From Polyangiales bacterium (lineage in GTDB: Bacteria; Myxococcota_A; Polyangia; Polyangiales; Polyangiaceae): a stretch of DNA of 64,000 bases. The notes below the pieces were generated by a model, which searched no databases, was not told where the DNA came from, and was given only the letters and a program-made list of their open reading frames with translations. The stretch spans positions 416,001 through 480,000 of the forward strand of contig JBBRLQ010000003.1 in assembly GCA_038231275.1 (NCBI GenBank), written 5' to 3'. The translations under genes and the position numbers were made by a program. Of the stretch, positions 19,943 through 29,328 are shown piece by piece; the stretch's first letter is position 1, and every line of letters begins with the position of its first letter.

Positions 19943-20917
19943 GTGAACGCGCTCGATGGGCTTCTCCAGTCGGATCGCGGCGTGCGCGACCGGGTGGGCA
20001 CCGCGCTGCGTACCGCGGTCGTCGGTCTCGGCGCGCCGTTGGTCCGCGCGTACATGCAGGGCCCCGTGAGCTGGGGAAAGCGCGTCTTTTGGAAGCGCGT
20101 CGGCGAGCGCTTCTTCTGGCAGTCGCGCGCGTTCCAGACCACGACCGAGTTCGGCGCCGTCATCCGCGGCCGCACCGGGGACTTCATCCCCTCCGCCGTG
20201 TACTACTTCGGCGTTTGGGAGCCGCACCTGACACGGTTCATCCAGGAGCGCCTGCGCGCGGGAGACGTGTTCGTCGATGTAGGCGCCAACATCGGCTACT
20301 ACACGCTCCTCGCGTCCACGCTCGTCGGGCCCACGGGCGGCGTCGTCTCCGTCGAGGCGTCGGCCCGGATCCACGCCGTCCTCCTTGATCACGTCGCCAT
20401 CAATCACGCGGACAACGTGCGGCCTCTGCTTTGCGCGGTCTCCGACGTAGAGGGCACCCTGACCGTCTTCGCCGGCCCCGAGCACAACTCCGGCAGGACG
20501 ACGACGCTTCGCCGCGAGGACCAGCCGTTGGCGGAGGGCACCGTCCGCGCCGCGCCGCTCACGTCGCTCCTCCGCGCCGAGGAAGCCGCGAAGGCGCGCA
20601 TCGTCAAAGTCGACGTGGAGGGCGCCGAGTGGGGCGTCGTCCAGGGGATGCGCGCACTGTTGGCGTCGTGCCGCGAGGATCTCGAGATCGTCGTCGAGGT
20701 CGCGCCCGACCACCTGGCGGGGCAGGGGCACACGGTCGCCGATCTGTTCGCGATCTTCGCCGCGCACCGATTTCACGCGTACGCCATGGTGAACGACTAC
20801 GAGATGATCAGCTACGTGCCGCCGGTACGGCGCGAGCCGATCGTACGAGTGACGGCGGAGGACGTGACCGCGCAGACCGACATCGTCTTTTCGCGCATCG
20901 ACCGGCCCGCGCTCTGA
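19943..20917 (+). CDS. FkbM family methyltransferase
   Basis: YYFGVWEP, VFVDVGANIGYYT, IVKVDVEGAEW; start at GTG 19943 inferred. Confidence 0.9.
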   Translation: MNALDGLLQSDRGVRDRVGTALRTAVVGLGAPLVRAYMQGPVSWGKRVFWKRVGERFFWQSRAFQTTTEFGAVIRGRTGDFIPSAVYYFGVWEPHLTRFIQERLRAGDVFVDVGANIGYYTLLASTLVGPTGGVVSVEASARIHAVLLDHVAINHADNVRPLLCAVSDVEGTLTVFAGPEHNSGRTTTLRREDQPLAEGTVRAAPLTSLLRAEEAAKARIVKVDVEGAEWGVVQGMRALLASCREDLEIVVEVAPDHLAGQGHTVADLFAIFAAHRFHAYAMVNDYEMISYVPPVRREPIVRVTAEDVTAQTDIVFSRIDRPAL

Positions 20918-21033
20918 GCGCCTGCGCAGAGCGTGATCGTCGCGAGCATCGGCTGCACGTTTCATCTTCACACAGACGCGCGAGGCCCCAGGCTACATAC
21001 GGAATTTCCAGGAGCGGAAGCGCCGGCATTCGA

Positions 21034-21048
21034 TGGCGCACGGCGTGC
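21034..21048 (+). promoter_or_regulatory. Putative sigma54 promoter
   Basis: TGGCGCACGGCGTGC(A), GG-N10-GC; followed by AGGAGG SD and ATG 21076. Confidence 0.5.
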
Positions 21049-21075
21049 AACGCGCAAGACGAAGGAGGGGCGACG

Positions 21076-21870
21076 ATGGGCATCGAGCAACTCGGGCACG
21101 TGGACGTGAAGAGCGGCATCTTGTGTGTCCTCGACTTCGGGATGGCGGCGGCGTTCGCCGGACCGTCGGGCGCACAGGCGGTGCGCGGCGCCGTTCAAAA
21201 GGGCGGCTACGCGTTCGAGCACGAAGGCGCGCCCGGCATCGCGGTTCCGCACCTGCCCCCTGGCAGGTATCCGGTGAGCAGCGTCCGCCTCGACGACGGC
21301 CCGTTTCGCGGCCTGCGGCAGGCCGTCATGGTCGACTTCGTCCCGAATCCGCGCCCCGCGCGCACGATCGAGCTAGGCAAGGTCCTCGTCGACCATGCGC
21401 GCCTCGGCTTCTTCGACGTCGACGCGCTCGGCGCATGGAACGAAGAGCAGCCGGTCGACGGCATGGCCGACGTCGTCTTCTGGGGCCTCCACGAGCGCGA
21501 GGTCGCGCAGCGCTTCAACGCGCCCAAGCTCGGCGAGGACGGCTCGGGCTTCAAGAATCTCCCGGTCGCGCAGGCCGAGGCGATCGGGCGCGATCTCGAG
21601 GCCGCGAAGTCCTCCGGGCAGCTCCGCTTCGCGTGGGACTTCCGCCCGCACACGCACCCGTACTACTTGCTCTCGCAGATCCGCGGGAACGCGAACGAGG
21701 CGGGCGTCCTAGACGTTGGCGGCTTCGGCGTCTGCGGCTTCATGACGTCGTGGGGCGACGGCGAGTTCCCGGTGATGATCGATCTGGACGAGCAGAATCG
21801 CCCCATTCGCTGCGGCATCTTCTTCGCCACGAACGAGGCGATGCAGAACATGCGGCAAGTGAACAGCTGA
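21076..21870 (+). CDS. Hypothetical protein, DUF4241-like
   Basis: Strong SD; VLVDHARLGFFD and FMTSWGDGEFPV resemble the DUF4241 GxGDGxYP motif. Confidence 0.65.
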   Translation: MGIEQLGHVDVKSGILCVLDFGMAAAFAGPSGAQAVRGAVQKGGYAFEHEGAPGIAVPHLPPGRYPVSSVRLDDGPFRGLRQAVMVDFVPNPRPARTIELGKVLVDHARLGFFDVDALGAWNEEQPVDGMADVVFWGLHEREVAQRFNAPKLGEDGSGFKNLPVAQAEAIGRDLEAAKSSGQLRFAWDFRPHTHPYYLLSQIRGNANEAGVLDVGGFGVCGFMTSWGDGEFPVMIDLDEQNRPIRCGIFFATNEAMQNMRQVNS

Positions 21871-21878
21871 CGGCAGAA

Positions 21879-22949
21879 TCAAGGCATCGGGTGGGCGATG
21901 AAGAACTTCATGATCTCCTCGCCCCACACGAACGCGTTGGGCAGCTTGCACGGGATCGCGTACTGCGGCGCCTGCGGATCGCTGGGGCTGCCAGGGATGC
22001 AGTGGCCCTTCGCGAACTCCCACGGCCCCGGGCTCACCGTCTCGTAGGCGTGGTCGAGCGTCTCGAAGACGAGGCCGCCCGCCCCCGTCCACCGGTCGTG
22101 CCGGTAGTTGGCGTCTTGCGCGAGGGTCGTCGGGCCAGTCAGACCGTAGGCCTGGATCGCGGCGTCGCGGATCGTGGTCATGCTCGCGTAGCCGACGGAC
22201 GCGTCGGTGCGGCCCATCAAGAGGAGGACGGGAATCTTCCGCGTTGGAGCGCGACCCGGCGTGAAGCACGTCGCCTCACCGAAATTCGTTCCGTCTCCCG
22301 CGCCGCCGGGCGAGGCCGAGGCGAACAGATCGGAGTGATCGCAGAGGAGCCTCCACGTGACGAAGCCGCCACGCGAAAAGCCAGCGACGTGGATCTTCTT
22401 CGTGTTCACGCGGAAGACGCTCGCGAAGGTCTGCACCATGGCGACCAACGAGGCGTCGTTGCTCGACGTCCACGTAGAGCCGGGCTGGCCTCCGAAGGGT
22501 GGCCCGGTCGGCGCGAGCACGACGAACCCGGCGGCCTGGCCCCGGTCGCGCAAGGTGACATGGCCGTCCATGAGGAGGCCGGTGCCGGTGTCCCCGTGAA
22601 GCTCGAGGATCAGCCCGCACCCAGGCGCCTCGCACGCCGCGGGGATGCGCGCGTCCACCTTTAAGCCGTTGCACGTGTACACATGATCGCCCGCGGACAC
22701 GTCGGTGACGCACCCTTGCGGCGTGGGAGGCCCCGCGTCGACCGCCGTCCCGCCCCCTTCGGGCGGGAGCACCGCGCTGCCGTCGGAAGGTGGCGGAGGA
22801 GGCGACGAGCTCGCGTCGGCCGCGTCGTGAGCGCCGCCGCCGTCGTACGGCGAACCGGTCAAGGCATCCGACGGCGACGCGTCGCTGCTGCACGCCGCGG
22901 CGGCGAGGAGGACGAGGGGCACGAGGAGCGCGATCAGCCTGCGATCCAT
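21879..22949 (-). CDS. PHB-depolymerase-family alpha/beta hydrolase lipoprotein
   Basis: Lipobox AAAC; LILELHG oxyanion segment, GFSRGG nucleophile elbow, MGRTD. Confidence 0.8.
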   Translation of the reverse strand: MDRRLIALLVPLVLLAAAACSSDASPSDALTGSPYDGGGAHDAADASSSPPPPPSDGSAVLPPEGGGTAVDAGPPTPQGCVTDVSAGDHVYTCNGLKVDARIPAACEAPGCGLILELHGDTGTGLLMDGHVTLRDRGQAAGFVVLAPTGPPFGGQPGSTWTSSNDASLVAMVQTFASVFRVNTKKIHVAGFSRGGFVTWRLLCDHSDLFASASPGGAGDGTNFGEATCFTPGRAPTRKIPVLLLMGRTDASVGYASMTTIRDAAIQAYGLTGPTTLAQDANYRHDRWTGAGGLVFETLDHAYETVSPGPWEFAKGHCIPGSPSDPQAPQYAIPCKLPNAFVWGEEIMKFFIAHPMP

Positions 22950-22998
22950 TCGCTTCAGCATACCAGCCGGAGTCGGAAGTGTATCTTCGGTCCCCCAC

Positions 22999-23490
22999 GT
23001 GGCTGCCCGACGAAAAGAGGCGCAGAGGTTCATCGCGCAGAACCGCTCCGCGACGTTCCACTACGTCATCCGCGAGCGCTACGAGGCGGGCATCGTACTC
23101 AAGGGGAGCGAGGTGAAGTCGATCCGCGAAGGCGGCGTCCACCTCACCGAGGCGTACGCGTCGATCGAGCGCGGTGAGGTCTGGATCCGGCAGTTGCATA
23201 TTGCATCCTTCTTCGCCGCTCGCGCGTTCCCCCACGCAGAGCGCGGCGCGCGCAAGCTGCTCCTCCACGCGAAGGAGATCCGCCACCTCGAGCGCGCCGT
23301 GACGCGCGAGGGGTACACGCTCGTGCCGCTGAACCTCTATTTCAAGGAAGGGCGCGTCAAGGTCACGCTCGCCCTCGCCCGCGGCAAGAAGGCGTACGAC
23401 AAGCGCGCCGCGCTCAAGGAGAAGACCGAGACGAAGGAGGCCGTCGACGCAATGCGCCCGCGCGCCGCGAGGTCCCGGCGCGCGCGGTAG
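22999..23490 (+). CDS. smpB: SsrA-binding protein SmpB
   Basis: IAQNR, YEAGIVLKGSEVKSIR, RKLLLHAKEI, LARGKKAYDKR. Confidence 0.97.
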   Translation: MAARRKEAQRFIAQNRSATFHYVIRERYEAGIVLKGSEVKSIREGGVHLTEAYASIERGEVWIRQLHIASFFAARAFPHAERGARKLLLHAKEIRHLERAVTREGYTLVPLNLYFKEGRVKVTLALARGKKAYDKRAALKEKTETKEAVDAMRPRAARSRRAR

Positions 23491-23499
23491 GGTCGACGG

Positions 23500-26295
23500 C
23501 TACGGGCACGAGAACGTTCCCTCGAGGGCCTTCGTCGCCGGGCGGTACACCATCCCGGAGTCCATGCTGTCGACGGCGGTGCCGCGCCCGTCGACCTTGA
23601 TGCATTGGACCACCGAGTCGGCCTCGGCCTCTCCGGTGGCGAGGTCGAAGTGCAGGCGGGTCTCGGTTCCGACGAGGTCGACGTTCTGGCCCGCGCGTAG
23701 CGCGCTGAGGGCGCTGAAGATCTTGGCGGGGCCGACCTCGATCGCCGGTCCGGGGCCGACGAGCCGCGCGATCCCCTTCGCGAGGCTCTGCCCGGTGAGG
23801 GGCGCGTCGCCGGCGGCGTACGCCGCGTACGCCAGGAGGTACACCGCGTCGTAGGCGGGACGAGGGGCATCGGACGTCGACACCTTGTCCTGGAACGCTT
23901 CGTTGAAGTGGGTCGTGAAGAGGTTGCTCGCGACGGTCGTCGTGGGGGTATTGATCCGAACGAAGCGCTTCCGCCGCTGCGCGTCTCGTCCGACGAAATC
24001 GAGGATCACGCCGATCGCCGGCGGGCCCAGGACCACGTGGAAGGGGCGGTGGCGGGCCCCCTTTGGCCAGCGCTCCTCGAGCGGCAACAGGATCGCTTTG
24101 ATCACGGCTTCGTCGGCGACCCACGCGATGACGTGCGGCTTGAGCTCCAGAAGCTTGGTCACCGCCGCGTCGAGCTGCGGCGCTGCCTCGCGGCTCTGGA
24201 TGTCGCCGTAGCCGATGTCGCGGTAGTTTGGGCCGTTCTCCACCGCGGTCTTGCCGTTGAAGCGCAGCGTTCGAAGGAGCGCGTCCGAGACGCTCAAGCC
24301 GACGGTGGAATCGGCGCGGAGCAGCGCGACGCGGATGGGGCCGGTAATCGCCGCCGACGAGCGCACGCGAGGTTCGGCGAGTGAGCCCACGATCGCCGCC
24401 ATCGCGCCGACGTCGTGCGAGACGCTGGTGGTCGCGCGCCACACCATGCGGGGCGTTCCCGGCGGCTGAGGGATGGCGGTGACGAGATCGCTGTGGTTGA
24501 GCGCGGTGACCGCGACGACGTCGTTGGGGATGAACAAGGACTGCGCCGCGTCGATGAGGTCGCGGCTCGAGTGAAAGCCGACGACGCCGGGCACGTGGAG
24601 ATCGAGCGCGAGGTGGCGCGCCGCGCGTTCGTGGGCGACGGCGTCGTCGCACATGACCAGCCCGAGCGGGCGCGCGCGGCCGTCGGTCGCCGTCGGGATG
24701 CCGTGCGAGACCGTCGCGAAATCGCGGCGCGCGAGCTCCGCGGCCTGGGAATAGCGGACGCCGAACGCTGCCGCGTCCACTCCCGTCGTGGGAAACATCG
24801 TGCCGAGCCAGATCGTGTCGTCGTTCCTCGCGTCGGCGGGCTCAGCGTGGACCACGCAGTCCGCCGACGCGAGCGCGACGCACGCGCCGGTGTCCTTGCG
24901 GCAGAGGAAGGGGGCGCCCTGGTGCGCGTCGATGCATTCGGCGTTCGTCGTGCAGCGCGGCGCGGCGGCGCGGGGATCGATCGCTGCGGAGCGGCCCGCG
25001 CGCCCCGCGAAGAGCGCGATCGCGCCCGCCACGAGCGCCAGCGGCACGAGCGCAGCGATCCATGGCCGGCGTTTCGCGACGGGCGGCATCGACGGAGCTG
25101 CTTTGGTGGCGCTGCCCGTCTCCTCCGCCGGCTCTACGCCCGAGCGTCGCGCGCGGGGAACCTCCGCAACGGTGCGCGTCTCCGATCCGGCCTCATCCAC
25201 CGGCGGCGGCGGCGCGCTCGACGCAGACCCCAGCGCTGCTCCGAGGTACCTGGGGTCGGAGCCTGCATCGACGGCGTTGGAGGCGGATCCCGGATCGTCC
25301 GCGACGCTCTTGATGCGCGCCTCGATCAGCGCCTGCCGCTTCTCGCGCTGCGTCCCGAAGAGCCGCACCATGAACTCGGCGAGCTGTCGCGCGCTGACGT
25401 GCTCGTCGCGCGCGCGGAGGACCGCTTCGAGCGCGTCGGCGAAGTCGGACGCCGTCGCGAAGCGATCGCTGGGCTCCAGAGCCAGCGCCTTCATGCAGAT
25501 GGCTTCGAGCCCCTCGTCGACGCCCGGCGCCACCGTGCTCGGCCGCGGGATGTCGCCGGTCGCTACGCGGGCGACGACGTCGAGGTCGGTCTGGTCCGCC
25601 CACAGTCGCTTTCCGGTCAGCACCTGCCAGAGGAGGATGCCGACCGCGAAGACGTCCGCGCGCCGATCGACGACGCGCTCCCCCGGCGTCGCCCCTTGTC
25701 CGGGGGTGTACCGTCCGGCGAGCACTTGCTCGGGCGCCATGTAATGCAGCTTGCCGACCAAGGCGCCCGCCTCGGTGAGACTCGACGAGTCGACGGCCTT
25801 GGCGATGCCGAAATCGAGGAGCTTTACCGCCCCCTCGTACGTGACGAAGACGTTGTGGGGAGAGACGTCGCGGTGCACGACATAGAGCGGCCGTCCCTCG
25901 AGATCGCGGAGCTCGTGCGCGTAGTGCAGCCCGATGAGCACTTGCGCGAGGATGAACAAGGCAGTGGGCAGCGGGACGCCCCCGATGCTCTGCGCCTCAC
26001 GCACGATCGCGGAGAGCGACTGTCCCTCGAGGTATTCCATCTCGATGAAGTACTGCTCCCCGTCGAAACCCACCTCGTTCGTCTGCACGATGTTGGGGTG
26101 GTTGAGGCGCGCCGAGAGCCGCGCTTCGTCGAGAAACATCTTCAGCCGGCGCTCGTCGTTCTCGACGTCGGCGTGCATCTGCTTGACGACCTTGAGCTTG
26201 CTCCACCCGGCGGGCCCACGCGCGATCACGAGGTAAACCGTGCCCATCCCCCCTTGGCCGAGGCGGAGGAGCACACGATGCCGCGGGGGACTCAC
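23500..26295 (-). CDS. Receptor-type Ser/Thr kinase with extracytoplasmic Cys-rich plus type 1 periplasmic-binding (LivJ-like) domain
   Basis: LGQGGMGTV, HRDVSPHN, DFGIAK, YMAPEQ; TM helix; CTTNAEC...; VMCDD, AYDAVYLLAYA. Confidence 0.92.
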   Translation of the reverse strand: MSPPRHRVLLRLGQGGMGTVYLVIARGPAGWSKLKVVKQMHADVENDERRLKMFLDEARLSARLNHPNIVQTNEVGFDGEQYFIEMEYLEGQSLSAIVREAQSIGGVPLPTALFILAQVLIGLHYAHELRDLEGRPLYVVHRDVSPHNVFVTYEGAVKLLDFGIAKAVDSSSLTEAGALVGKLHYMAPEQVLAGRYTPGQGATPGERVVDRRADVFAVGILLWQVLTGKRLWADQTDLDVVARVATGDIPRPSTVAPGVDEGLEAICMKALALEPSDRFATASDFADALEAVLRARDEHVSARQLAEFMVRLFGTQREKRQALIEARIKSVADDPGSASNAVDAGSDPRYLGAALGSASSAPPPPVDEAGSETRTVAEVPRARRSGVEPAEETGSATKAAPSMPPVAKRRPWIAALVPLALVAGAIALFAGRAGRSAAIDPRAAAPRCTTNAECIDAHQGAPFLCRKDTGACVALASADCVVHAEPADARNDDTIWLGTMFPTTGVDAAAFGVRYSQAAELARRDFATVSHGIPTATDGRARPLGLVMCDDAVAHERAARHLALDLHVPGVVGFHSSRDLIDAAQSLFIPNDVVAVTALNHSDLVTAIPQPPGTPRMVWRATTSVSHDVGAMAAIVGSLAEPRVRSSAAITGPIRVALLRADSTVGLSVSDALLRTLRFNGKTAVENGPNYRDIGYGDIQSREAAPQLDAAVTKLLELKPHVIAWVADEAVIKAILLPLEERWPKGARHRPFHVVLGPPAIGVILDFVGRDAQRRKRFVRINTPTTTVASNLFTTHFNEAFQDKVSTSDAPRPAYDAVYLLAYAAYAAGDAPLTGQSLAKGIARLVGPGPAIEVGPAKIFSALSALRAGQNVDLVGTETRLHFDLATGEAEADSVVQCIKVDGRGTAVDSMDSGMVYRPATKALEGTFSCP

Positions 26296-26403
26296 CGATC
26301 CGGCCCGTGGTCTTGGTGCGCGGGGATCAGTGGCAGCATCAACGTGATGCTACTCAGTCGTCACGCGGTCGCAAAAGGCATATCTGCGCGCGCGACGGGA
26401 GCG

Positions 26404-27213
26404 CTACGAAATGGCCGAGATGACCTTGTTCATGCGCTGCGCGAGCTCGCGCGCACGGCTCGCCGCGTCGCCGTACGCGATGACGTACCCGAAGACGTAC
26501 GTGGAGCTTCCGGGCTTCGCGCCGCCTTCGAGGCTCACACGAAGGAGCGCATCGTCGAGCTCGCTCACCGTGAGCGCGAGGTCGCGTCCGTTCGCCATCT
26601 CGACCTTGCCCGAAAGCGCATCTCCACTCGACGTCGTGATGCGATAGCTGTCGCCCGGCTTGGGCGCAGATTCGAAGCCCATCGCGGCCTTCGAGAGGAG
26701 CGTGGTCCAGAGGGCGCCGTGCTCGGTCTTGGCTTCCGCCATGAAGGTGACGTGGGCCGCGGGCTTCTTCGCGTGCCGGGCGAAGTAGTGGCGAAGGTTC
26801 GCGAGCATGAGCCTCCAGCCGCGCGAATGCGACTCGAACTCGCCGTCCCAATCGGCGGACGCGCTGAAGCCGGAGTGAACGAGGCGAAGGGTCGTCGTAG
26901 AGCCGTTGGCCTCGATGGACCAGTCCGCCCAGAGCGGCGCCTTGCTCTCGGGGTTCGTGCCGGAGCTGTGGCGCACGTGGCGCGGCGCGTCCCAGATCTC
27001 GACGGGCTTCTCGACGCTCATTCCTTCGCCCCAGGAGATCCAGATCTGTCCCTTCTTGCCGTCGCTCGGCGGCGTGACGCGGGCCTCCGGCGCGAGCCAC
27101 TTCGCGAGCTCGGTGCCGTCGGTCACGGCGCGGAAGACCTCTTCGGGCGATGCGTTGAGCTCGACGGAGAGCACGATGTCACGGGTGTTGGTCTTGCTGT
27201 CGTCGCTGCTCAT
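26404..27213 (-). CDS. SRPBCC domain protein
   Basis: NASPEEVFRAVTD..LAKW, TTLRLVHSGF, GWRLMLANLRHY. Confidence 0.88.
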   Translation of the reverse strand: MSSDDSKTNTRDIVLSVELNASPEEVFRAVTDGTELAKWLAPEARVTPPSDGKKGQIWISWGEGMSVEKPVEIWDAPRHVRHSSGTNPESKAPLWADWSIEANGSTTTLRLVHSGFSASADWDGEFESHSRGWRLMLANLRHYFARHAKKPAAHVTFMAEAKTEHGALWTTLLSKAAMGFESAPKPGDSYRITTSSGDALSGKVEMANGRDLALTVSELDDALLRVSLEGGAKPGSSTYVFGYVIAYGDAASRARELAQRMNKVISAIS

Positions 27214-27794
27214 GGGGTTCGCTGCTCTTTCTCGCTGTCGGGGGCGGGTTTTGGATACGCCAATGTGAGGACGCGGTGGACGCGACCTCGGGGTGCGTCC
27301 GCGTGGTGATACTTGGCGGTGAGCTGCGCGATGTTGTTCGCGAGCTCCTCCGCGAACGCGGCGCGATCGTGCGCGCTCGCGAACGTGATCTCCGTCTCGA
27401 GCGTCATCGTCGCCAGACGCTTGCCTGCCTCATCGGCGGCGCGACGAAGTCCGGCGAGCTCGCGAATCGTGCGCGCGCAGACCGCGACGACGTAGGCCGC
27501 GGAGAAACGATCGGTCGCCTCGAGCGCGCCGTGCGCGAGGGAGCCGAGCGCCTCCGCGGAGACGAGGTACGCGCGCCCGGTCGCGCGCACGATGCGCTCG
27601 ACACAGTTGCCGGACCTCTTCTCTTCGACGAGCTCGACGAGGCCTTCCTTCTCGAGCTCCTTCAAGTGGTAGTTGATCTTCTGCCGCGCGACCGAGAAGC
27701 GGCGCGCGATGCCCGACGCGGACTGCGGCTCCGCGAGCTCCTCGAGGATCCTCGTTCGGAGTGGCCTTAGAAGGACCTCAGCGGCGTCGGCCAT
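27210..27794 (-). CDS. ArsR-like winged-HTH transcriptional regulator
   Basis: PLRTRILEELAEPQSA..RQKINYHLKELEKEGLVELV; ATGA coupling to the SRPBCC gene. Confidence 0.88.
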   Translation of the reverse strand: MADAAEVLLRPLRTRILEELAEPQSASGIARRFSVARQKINYHLKELEKEGLVELVEEKRSGNCVERIVRATGRAYLVSAEALGSLAHGALEATDRFSAAYVVAVCARTIRELAGLRRAADEAGKRLATMTLETEITFASAHDRAAFAEELANNIAQLTAKYHHADAPRGRVHRVLTLAYPKPAPDSEKEQRTP

Positions 27795-27809
27795 GGGTCG
27801 GATGTAGCC

Positions 27810-27826
27810 GACCTATAAAATAGGTC
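27810..27826. promoter_or_regulatory. Palindromic operator overlapping the -35 of the HTH gene
   Basis: GACCTAT-AAA-ATAGGTC perfect 7-3-7 palindrome; TTGACC on the minus strand. Confidence 0.7.
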
Positions 27827-27891
27827 AAGGAAAATTATTTTGTCGGCAAACGGTCGGAGAATTTAGCGCTCCGTGGGCCCGTGCGGCGCGA

Positions 27892-28680
27892 TCACGGGCA
27901 AAGGGCGGGCTTGGGGTGGCACTTCGCAGTGGTGACCTCGCAGTAGTAGCCGCCGTAGCATCCGTTGGCCTGGCACGCGTGGGTGCCGCATCCGTGACAC
28001 GGCGCTGCGGCGCCGGGCGCCGCGAACCCGGCGCAGATGGCGCCCGAATCGGGGAGCGGCTCGACCGTCCCGCCGTCGGTTGCAGCGTCCTCCCCCGCGT
28101 CGTCGGGGACCGGCGCGTCAGCGTCGTCGGCGCCGCCGTCCGCCTCGGGGCCCGCCGCGCACTGGCTCTCGGGAACCTGCCGATGAACCGGCGTCAGGCC
28201 GCGCAGGTACGCGACGATGTCGGAGGCCTGCGCGTAGCTGAGATCCGCGAACCGCGGCATCACCGTGCAAAGATCGTCCATCGCGTCGTTCTTGCCCTCG
28301 CGGATCGCGCGCACGATCTGCTCCTCGGTCCAATCGCCGAGCCCGGTGTCCTTGTCGGGCGTGAGGTTGGGAGGATAGGCGGACCCCTCCATGGGCGTCG
28401 TCCGACCGGCGAGCGTGCCGTCCTTCGAGTCGCTCGGCTGGTGGCAACCGCTGCACCCGTGCGACTGCACGAGCGCCTGCCCCCGCTCCGCCGCCGTCGT
28501 CAGGGCGCCGCCCCTCGAGGTGTCCGGCGCCTGCGTGCCCGCGCCCCCGTCGGGCAGGCTCGCCGCGGGCCCCGCCGCATCGCCCGCCGATGGCCCCGCG
28601 AAGCAGGCGGAGAGCGCCGCGGCTCCCGCCGAGAGGAGCACGAAGGTCGCGGAAGCGGTGAGCCAGGTGCCGGTGCGCAT
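27892..28680 (-). CDS. Cytochrome c lipoprotein
   Basis: ERGQALV..GCSGCH, PPNLTPDKDTGLGDW, MPRF; Cys-rich C-terminus. Confidence 0.85.
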   Translation of the reverse strand: MRTGTWLTASATFVLLSAGAAALSACFAGPSAGDAAGPAASLPDGGAGTQAPDTSRGGALTTAAERGQALVQSHGCSGCHQPSDSKDGTLAGRTTPMEGSAYPPNLTPDKDTGLGDWTEEQIVRAIREGKNDAMDDLCTVMPRFADLSYAQASDIVAYLRGLTPVHRQVPESQCAAGPEADGGADDADAPVPDDAGEDAATDGGTVEPLPDSGAICAGFAAPGAAAPCHGCGTHACQANGCYGGYYCEVTTAKCHPKPALCP

Positions 28681-28800
28681 GGGAGGGTGTCTCCCACGTA
28701 GCCGGGCGATTGGGCACCGCCGACTTTGCACAAGGGCCATGTCGAATTCGGAAAGTCCGGCGGCGTGACCGCCGACGCTCGGAGGAGCGCGCCCTGCGTG

Positions 28801-29252
28801 TCACCTCGCGAACGAGCAGCAGCGGAAGCCCAGGTTCGGGAGCGCCGTGTTGCGCGCGAGACCGTCGACGTATTGGCAGTCGATACGTTCCACCCGCACT
28901 CCGGCGGCTGCGCGTCGAGCGCGCCGGGGGCCGCGGCCGCGAATTGCAGGTACGGCTGCCCGACGACCTCCGTCTCGTCGATGCACAGGCACGACGATGG
29001 CGTGAGGCGGACCATGCCAGGAGGGCACAGGGTATTCGCGTCCGCCTCGGCGCGATCGTCCACGACATCGGCGCCGGCGTCCGCAGGGGCGCCGGCGTCG
29101 GCCCTCACGTCGGGAGCGCCATCGATTACGTCGCCGCCGTCGGCGCCGACGTAGCTCACGTCCTCGATGCTCAGGAGCGCGCCACACGCGCAGAAGCACG
29201 CCGAGCCGAGCGCCGCGACGACGTGCGGAAGACGGAGGCGCGGCACCGTCAA
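28801..29252 (-). pseudogene. FGE-sulfatase (SUMF1) domain lipoprotein remnant with internal deletion/frameshift
   Basis: Frame 1 ...CPPGMVRL..CIDETEV...ECGWN; near 28885 a different frame gives the terminal LGFRCC motif; the central domain is missing. Confidence 0.7.
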
Positions 29253-29328
29253 ATCGTAACGGTTTTCATTTGTCGACTCGAGGCAGATTACGCCAGAGGC
29301 GCACCACTTGGCCTGAGGCCATCGCTAC

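Noticed and set aside
22950-23500. tmRNA (ssrA) or att site next to smpB
   Set aside because: The flanks are too short (about 50 and 9 bp) and lack tRNA-like ends
24415-27309. 964-aa + strand ORF and many other long Arg/Ala-rich ORFs (e.g. 8252-10192, 4138-5838, 52007-53989)
   Set aside because: Antisense or alternate-frame shadows of clear genes, expected at high GC; no recognisable motifs
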